Source: Octopus vulgaris
Lineage: Eukaryota
Direction of reading: 5' to 3'
Assembly: GCA_951406725.2 (NCBI GenBank)
Contig: OX597818.1
Coordinates: forward strand, 131,936,001-132,000,000
DNA: 64,000 nt
The notes under the pieces were generated by a model. It searched no databases. It was not told the origin of the DNA and was given only the letters and a program-made list of their open reading frames with translations. This document shows positions 54,963 to 64,000 of the stretch, one piece after another. Position 1 is the first letter of the stretch. Each line of letters starts with the position of its first letter. Made by a program: the position numbers and the translations under genes.

Positions 54963-55415
54963 TTTAATTTATCGGTGCCAACTTTATTAATTATAAATGA
55001 ATGCAATTATATATTAAAATGAAATGTATTCTCTTGGTTTCCTAAACGTCCAATGTACGCGTATGTAAGTGCATGTTCGTTCAATGCTAGTGAATTTTTC
55101 TATTGTGTTTACGTTTCACTTTTCACCACCGATATCTAATTAATGCCTATGTGCTTAATGTGTTTATTGTGACAGATATTTTTCAAAAACCGAAAGTTTC
55201 ACTTTTTAAACTTCTCCTTCTTGTGTTTTAGTTCAGAAGTTGTTGTGTTTTTTTTCGTTTTTGTTTTACCGTAACTCAAAATTCACACGTCTGTCACACC
55301 AAGAAATTATTATCCAACTATCCTCTCAAGAGTCTACTTTCATAATTGCCCCCCCCCCCCACCAACAATCCACCGACCACTTCCCACGCTCAATGTATAC
55401 GTGCGTGCGCGTATG

Positions 55416-55449
<34 letters not shown>

Positions 55450-55786
55450 TGTATGTATGTATGTATGTATGTATGTATGTGTGTATGTATGTATGTATGT
55501 ATGTATGTATGTGTGTATGTATTGTATGTATGTATGTATGTATGTATGTGTGTATGTATGTATGTATGTGTGTATGTATGTATGTATGTATGTATGTATG
55601 TATGTATTGTATGTATGTATGTATGTATGTATGTATGTATGAATGTGTGTGTGTATGTATGTGTATATATGTATGTATGTGTGTATGTATGCATGGATAG
55701 AGGGATAAGTATGGCTGTCTATGTTAACATATTTTACATGCAGTTATATTTATAAATATCCATGTATCAATATATGTGTGTGTATA

Positions 55787-55834
<48 letters not shown>

Positions 55835-55841
55835 CATAAAT

Positions 55842-55897
<56 letters not shown>

Positions 55898-55900
55898 ATT

Positions 55901-55945
<45 letters not shown>

Positions 55946-56466
55946 CACACACATATATATAGACAGACTTTCACGTAGCCACACACACACACACACACAC
56001 ACAAGACAGAGAAAGAAGTAAAGAAAGAAAAGAAAAGAAAAACCCAGAAAGAAGAAGTAGAGAGGCAGTAAGAGCGGCGAGAGACTTGAGTTTATTTAAC
56101 AATTGGTAGTATTCAACAAGACCCCATCCTGTCTCTGTCTCTGTCTCTTCTCTTCAATAATAGTTTGTTAGGTGGTTTAGTTTGTTGTGTGTTGCTTTAC
56201 TTCTCCTTATTATTATCTTTTATAAAATTTACTTGCACTCTCCCATCGCACTGGCCGTTCGTTGTTGCTTATTTGTTTTTGTACTTCTTGTTTCTCCCCC
56301 AATTCATAAGTATATATATACATATATATTTATAATCATTTTATCTATTTATCTCTGGTTATTTTTTTGTCGTTTTTCATCCATTTGTGTTTATTATCAC
56401 TCGTTGTGTTTCGCGTCTTTCTTATTTTTCACCTACTCTTATTCCGGATGTGCACGTAATATCTGG

Positions 56467-56504
<38 letters not shown>

Positions 56505-56896
56505 CACACACACATATATATATATACATATACATACATACATATATATATATATATACATATACATACAATTTATTCTCTTCCCTTTCCACCTATATCT
56601 TCCTTACTCCCTTTGGTTCGTTGAAACCGATGTCTTGCCTCTCTCCTCTGCCCTCCAGCAAGATCTACATTTAGTGTGTATATATATATATACATATATA
56701 TATATACATATATATATGTATATATGTATGTATGTATGTATGTGTGCATGAGTCTATGTGTGTGTATATCTATGTATTTACGTGTGTGCATGTTGTGCTA
56801 TCTACACACACACACAAATATTTATATGTATAGATATATAGATATACACACACACATATGTACATGCACATACATATATATATATATATACACACA

Positions 56897-56927
<31 letters not shown>

Positions 56928-57047
56928 GTGTATGAGTCTATGTTTGTGTATATCTATGTATTTACGTGTGTGCATGTTGTGCTATCTACACACACACACA
57001 AATATTTATATGTATAGATAGATATACACACACACATATGTACATGC

Positions 57048-57100
<53 letters not shown>

Positions 57101-57814
57101 CTGACACACATAAGTGTGTATGTGTATGGATACGTACGTCTATTTATATGACTATGTCACGAAGGGAGTTTGCACAGTAATAGGGGGAAGGACAGAAGCA
57201 AAAGACTGCGGTAGGGCAGGCAGATGGATTGACAGTTGCCACGCTCCCTTGTACATAATGTATATGTATGTCTATGAATATATGTCTATGTACGTACACA
57301 ACACTTTCTAGCGAATAAGTGTTGCTGAGAGGGGATCGTCCCTCTTCTCTCTTATCAACGTTTGTCGTTGTCGCCGTGTCCCCCGCCTTGTTGTTTGGGT
57401 TGACCGGCCTTCATTGATTATTTTTTCGTCTTTGTGTCGACAAGGCGCCAGATCGTTCGTCCGTTCTTGCACACACAATATATACGTACATACGTACATA
57501 CGTACGTACGTACGTACGTACCTACAGTACAACGCATATCATTGTAAGCGTCATAGTTTTTCTTGCACAACGCTGCTCTCTCCTCGTTCAAGTACTAATC
57601 TTTTTTTTTTGACTCATCTCTCTACATCTTTATTTTTCAAATGATTTGTTAAAAAAAAAAGAAAGAAAGAAAGGAAAAAGAAAAGGAAAAAAGAAAAGGA
57701 AAAAAGAAAACAAGAAAGAGAAAAGAAAAAAAACATCAACAAGCCATACCCACGTATTCTCACAGACGAATATACACACACAAATACAAACATAAGCACA
57801 CACACATCTGTGTG

Positions 57815-57890
<76 letters not shown>

Positions 57891-58095
57891 AAGATACAGT
57901 CGAAGCCTGTTTATTGTGATCACTTTGGAAAGGTGATAACAACAACCGGCTGATAACGTTAAAGAGAGTTTATTAAGAACATCATCTTGAGCTTGTTTGG
58001 GACCCACTAAATTTTGATAACAATAACCGCTTGATAACATTGTCCGTGATTATAATAAGCGACTTTCACTATACACCACACACATCTATACATAC

Positions 58096-58132
<37 letters not shown>

Positions 58133-58985
58133 TATATAATTATCAAGAACAGAACGCGCTGCGGTTTCCCTTCTCTTTTACACGCACACATACATACACA
58201 AACATACACACGCACATATATACATACATATATATATATATATAAATACATATATATATATATATGTATATATACACACACCCACACACACACATGTACA
58301 GTTGTTATGCTTTCTTTGTTTATTGCGGGTGAGATGAATACTGATTTCTTTCCAAGAGACTATTCTTTCACCAGAACCTTATTCGCTATTTAAATATTTC
58401 ATGTGAGTCATACGGACTTGGATATGGTGTTATCACTCATGTTCAAAAGTATACAGCTTTTGAACTTTTAGGTGAGTCTGTATAGAATCTCTATATTGTT
58501 TGCCTATATATATATACATATATATTTATATATATATATATATATATATATAATCATTATTATTATTATTATTTTGCAACGCAAAAAAAAAAAGGCCTAC
58601 TTTCAAGATTCATTAAATTTATATATCTTGCTTTTTTGCTTCACCGTTTCTTTCCTATCGACTTTTTCTAATTCTTATTTATTTCTTGCAATTTAGTTGA
58701 CCGTTCTCTCTCTTCTACTATTATTCTTCTACTATATCATTCTTCTTTTTCTTTTCTTTTTGGTTTTGTAAATTTTTGGTTGGTTCCATGTATATATCCA
58801 TTTTTACTTCCTTTTTCGTTTACACCTGTTATTTTTTGCCAATACAACTTAGAGAGAGTTTGTTTTCATAGTTTTTTTTTTTATCATGATTCTTAAAAAA
58901 AGAAAGAAAAAAAAAATTCTTCTTCTAAAGTTCCTTTCTTTTTTTTTATTTTACATTTCTCATTGATTTTTTTTTCGTTCCAGTA

Positions 58986-59050
<65 letters not shown>

Positions 59051-59104
59051 GCTTTTAATCTGTCATTGATAATTTCAACTGTGCAGAAAGAACTTTTACT
59101 TACC

Positions 59105-59136
<32 letters not shown>

Positions 59137-59296
59137 GTCTCTCTCTCTCTCATTCATATTCTTATTCATTGACTTACAGATAACAAAGGAACTGTTTATT
59201 ATACTGATAAATAGATGTATTAACTATTTATCGATTTCTTTTTATGCCTTTTTATGACTGTTAAATGCTCTGTGTGATTTTGCCATTACGCGCGCC

Positions 59297-59328
<32 letters not shown>

Positions 59329-60330
59329 TACACAACATGTTTTAATGAATATAATATATATACAGTCATGCATTTAAGTGGGAACGGAGTATTGACTATT
59401 TTCTTTTTTTTGTCTTTTGCTGAAAGACAGAATGACATAAGTCTTGGACTAAATTCTGAAGTCAACACACGCACGCACGCGCGCGTGCACACATACTCAC
59501 TCACTCACACTCACTCACATACACATACACATACACACAAACACGCACGCACGTATGTGTGTGTGTGTGTGTGTGCAAATACATATGTGTGTATGAAATG
59601 TAAAAAAAAAAAAAAACGTCCCGTACACCATAATGGATTTTTGGGAGCTCCCGTTTTCTGGTTTAGATTTCATGTAAGTGTTATATTTATTGCGAGGAGA
59701 GGGGGGGGGCATGCAAGTCTTCAGCCGGAACCTATCATGTACTCCGAGCTTTATTGACTGACTGCTGCAGGGACGAGGAGGCAGGAATCGAACCTACAAC
59801 GAAAGAGACACAGCAGCCTGTCATCACTCGACGGGGGGTCGCACACACGTGCACAAAAACACGCACAACACACACACACACACACATATATGTATGCACG
59901 TGTGTGTGTGTGTATATTTTTCACGTACACGCACATACACACACACACACACACGTACATATACATATATATACGTATCTTCATGTGTGTGTGCGTGTGT
60001 GTGCGCGCGCGCGTGTGTGCGTGTGTGTGCATGTATGTATGTATGTGAGCGTACACACTTAAATCGTAGATATACATATATACGTATGTTCATATGTGTG
60101 TGTGTGTGTGTGTGCATGTATGTATGTGAGCGTACACACTTAAATCGTAGATATACATATATACGTATGTTCATATGTGTGTGTGTGTGTGTGCATGTAT
60201 GTATGTATGTGAGCGTGTGCGTATGAGCTACATATGTATGTTTTTAGTTGTGTGTACTGACACACACTCATGCACACACACATACACACACACACACAAA
60301 TACACACACACACACACACAAATACACACA
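51588..60330. repeat. Microsatellite-dense zone: (TA)n, (TATG)n, (CA)n, (ATT/ATC)n, (TATC)n, plus local duplications (56720-57090; 60020-60220)
   Basis: Directly visible; source of the YI/VCMY/HT-type ORFs. Confidence 0.95.
57897..58071. mobile_element. Decayed pogo/Tigger-type MITE
   Basis: TA|cagtcgaagcctgtttattgtgatcac ... gtgattataataagcgactttcacta|TA imperfect TIRs. Confidence 0.55.
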
Positions 60331-60534
60331 TACATGGCCGCCCTCATACGTAACCAGAAAAGGGGCTAAATTTATCCAGATGCACAGGGGGCTAAAAATG
60401 ATATTTGTACTTATTTACTTTATTGTCATCACCATCAACATCATTTTCTCTTTTAGATGTTGGTGATAGAATCAAATTATTAAGAAGCGGGACTAATTAA
60501 ATTACGATACTCGTCTCTGTTCTCCTCTACTTTC

Positions 60535-61006
60535 TGTGTTCGAATCCCATCGATGTCAACTTTTACCTTTTGCTCAAAGCAGGGTCGGTAATATAAAATA
60601 TATCAATCAATACTGGATGTCGGTTTGATCTGCTGGGCTTGCTACCATATTTCTGACTTTGTGTGTCTTATGTTAGAAAACCATCATTAAACGTCATTTT
60701 TACGTTCTGTGTTGATTTAAAATAAAAAAAGAGTCTCCGAGTTTCAAATTGGTTCCTCCGTCTTCCTGTGTTCAAATCCCATCGCGGTCAACTTTTACCT
60801 TTTGCTCAAAGAGCAGGGTCGGTAATATAAAATATATCAATCAATATTATGGATGTCGGTTTGATCTGCTGGCTTGCTACCATATTTCTGACTTTGTGTG
60901 TCTTATGTTAGAAAACCATCATTAAAAATGTCATTTTTACGCTCTGTGTTGATTTAAAAGAAAAAAAAAAGAGTCTCCGAGTTTCAAATTGGTTCCTCCG
61001 TCTTCC
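60535..61006. repeat. ~235-bp tandem duplication including a decayed SINE-B core
   Basis: 60535-60766 repeated at 60767-61006. Confidence 0.9.
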
Positions 61007-61293
61007 CGGTGTCGATAGAAAAAAAGAATGAAAAGAAAAAAAAAAGGAAAGAGAGAGAGAGAAAAAAAATGGGGGAAACGGGTATCTGTAACGTTTCCTC
61101 AAAGTCGATTTAATTGACTGTACCCGATCTCCGTATACATTTCATATTTCGCGTCAGTGTTAACCGATCGTTATTATTTATCAATATGTCCTTTTACATT
61201 CTGGCTTCAAATCATATCAGTCGAAGACTATGAACTATAATTTTATCAAACGACAAACAGCACTGCCACAAATATTTTTGGGAAGTCCCATGC

Positions 61294-61367
<74 letters not shown>

Positions 61368-61369
61368 AT

Positions 61370-63700
61370 GGTTTCAAAGTTTGTCACAAGGGATGTAATT
61401 GTGGGGGAAGGGAATGAGTCGATTACATCGACCTCAGTGTTCAACTGGTATTTATTTTATCGACCCCCCCTGAAAGAATGTCAGGCAAAGTCGACCTCGG
61501 CGGAATTTGAACCCGGAACGTAGCAACGAGCAAAAACACCGCTAAGCATTTCGTCCGGCGTGCTTAGCGATTCCGCCAGCTCGCCGCGAAAATTGCCAAA
61601 GAAAGGGGCGGCAGCAATTTTTTTAGAGGAGGGGATGAGTCGATTATATCAACTCCAGTGTTCGACTGGTACTTGTTTTATCGACCCCCGAAAGGACGAA
61701 AGACAAAGTCGACCTCAGCAGAATTTGAACTCGGAACATAAGGACGGACGAAATCCCGCGCAGAATTTTACCCTGCGTGCTAACGATTCTGCCAGCTCGC
61801 CCCCTTAACGACATCAACAACAACAATAACAACAATAATGATAATCCTTTCTATTAGAGACACAGGGTCTGGAATTTGTGGGGAGATGACTAGTCGATTA
61901 CATCGACCCCAGTGTGTAACTGGTACTTAATTTATCGACTCCGAAAGGATTGAAAGGCAAAGTCGACCTTGGCGGAATTTGAACTTAGAACGTAAAAGCA
62001 GACGAAATGCTTCTCAGCATTTTGGCCGACGTACTTAACGATTCTGCTAGATCGCCACCTTTATGATGGTGGAGATGATGATGATGATGATAGCTTCTGA
62101 TTTAACAACGATTTCTACTTTAGTCACAAAGCTGGCAAATTAAGGAGAGGGTACAAATAGATACATTGAACGCGGAGGAATTGAAAGGCAAAGTTGATTA
62201 CGATATATTTCTTTACAACCCACAAGGGGGCTAAACATAGAGGGGACAAACGAGGACAGACAAAGGGATTAAGTCGATTATATTGACCCCAGTGTATAAC
62301 TGGTACTTAATTTATCGACCCCGGAAGAATGAAAGGCAAAGTCGACCTCGGCGGAATTTGAACTCGAGACGTAACGGCAGGCGAAATACGGCAACGCATT
62401 TCGCCCGGCGTGCTAACGTTTCTGCCAGCTCGCCGCCTTATTAACAGAGATTTCTACTTTAGTCACAAAGCTGGCAAATTAAGGAGAGGGTACAAATAGA
62501 TACATTGAACGTGGAGGAATTGAAAGGCAAATTTGATTACGATAGGATTGTAACCCAGTCGGAAGAAATTCCGCAAAGCATTTTGTCCGACACTCTAACG
62601 ACTCTGCCAAACCCACTTTCCTTCCCTTGATGAATAAAGACTTTTCAATTAGGCACAAAGCCAGCAATTTTAAGGTAGAGAGAGCCAAGTCAATATCATC
62701 GACTGGTAACTTTTATTTTGTTACTCAGAATGCGAAGAGCCATCAGAGCGCAAGTACTAACGATTCTGCCAGCTCGCCGCCATTGCTGGCTTCTGATTGC
62801 GGCACAAGGCCAGCAATTTTGAAGAAAGGGGTTAGCCGGTACCATCGATAAACCACCCCCACCCAGCTCAGTAATTGGTTGGTTGTTTATTTTACTATCG
62901 ACACTGGAGGGACGAGAAACAAAGTTGGTCGCGGCGCGATTTGAACTTAGAACGTAAAAGAAGGACAAATATTGCAAGAGCACATTTTTTTTTTTACCCC
63001 AGTACTCTAATGATTCTGCCAGCACGCCGCTTTAATAATAATAATAATAATGATAATAATAATAATAATAAACCTTTCTACTAAAGGCACAAGGCCTGGA
63101 ATTAGTGGGGAGGGAGATAGTCAATTACATCGATCACAGTACTTGACTGGTTCTTAATTTATCGACCCCGAAAGGATAAAATGCAGAGTCGACCCCGGCG
63201 GAATTTGAACTCGGAACGTAGTGGAAGATGGAATACCACTAAGCATTTCGGCCGGCGTGCTTAACGATTCTGCCAGTTCGCCAATAATGATAATGATGAT
63301 TTCAGAATTTTGGTACAATGCCAGCGATTTTTTAGAGGAGGAGGTGTGGTCAGTCGATAACATTGACCCCCAATGCTTAACTGGTACTTATTTTATCCAC
63401 CCCGAAAGTATGAAAAGCAAAGTCAGCTTCGGCGGGATTTGAACCAAGGACGGAAAAACGCCCGGCGTGGCCAGCTCGCCAGGAATGATAATAATAATAA
63501 TCTTTTCTACTATAGGCACAATGTCTGGATTTCGTGTGGTGGGGGTGGGGGTGGAGGGGGGGTGGGGGCAATCGATCACATTATTTCATCGACCCCGGAA
63601 GGATGAAAGGCAAAGTCGAACTCGGCGGAATTCGAACTCAGAACAGAGCGACAGAGCGACGGGCGAAATACCGCGACGCGATTCTACCAGCTCGTCGCCC

Positions 63701-63781
<81 letters not shown>

Positions 63782-64000
63782 TAATAATAATAATCCTTTC
63801 TGCTATAAGCACAAGGCTTAAAATTTGGGGGAGAGCCATAGTCGATCACATCGACTCCAGTACTCAACTGGTACCTATTTCATGGACCCCGAAAGGATGA
63901 AAGGCAAAGTCGACCTCGGCAGAAATTGAACTCAGAACGTAAAGACGGACTAAATGCCGCTAAGTATCTTGCCCGGCGTGCTAACGATTCTGCCAGCTCG
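61370..64000 (-). mobile_element. Cluster of about 10 co-oriented SINE-B copies separated by (AAT)n/(GAT)n/(AAC)n tracts
   Basis: Repeated ..cacaagg..tcgattacatcgac..gaaaggcaaagtcgacctcggcggaatttgaac..tctgccagctcgcc units of varying divergence. Confidence 0.9.

Noticed and set aside
59770-59830. B-box-like ggttcgattcc on the minus strand / possible micro-exon
   Set aside because: No tRNA cloverleaf and no convincing splice-site pair.

Overview
AT-rich, repeat-saturated eukaryotic DNA. The tRNA-derived SINE families, microsatellite load and TTAGGG motif fit an octopus (cephalopod) genome; this is an inference from repeat recognition. Most ORF-track entries are artefacts of microsatellites or SINEs. 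The only host coding sequence I can recognise is coding exon 1 of a fuzzy (FUZ, CPLANE) orthologue on the minus strand (27278-27198). A possible non-coding first exon lies near 51 kb (+). The rest is mobile DNA: three SINE families (called A, B, C here), decayed Ty3/Gypsy pol, an R4/Dong-clade RLE LINE, a Tigger/pogo transposase, a Penelope GIY-YIG remnant, RTE and CR1-like fragments, a non-autonomous Helitron, MITEs and a U6 snRNA 3' fragment. Most notable: (i) several minimal Penelope-type hammerhead ribozyme motifs, including a subfamily sharing a U6 core variant; (ii) a retroelement 3' end always embedded in (TATC)n that shares its tail with SINE-B; (iii) SINE-B concatemers built at one fixed internal breakpoint, plus a copy flanked by a ~104-bp direct duplication.
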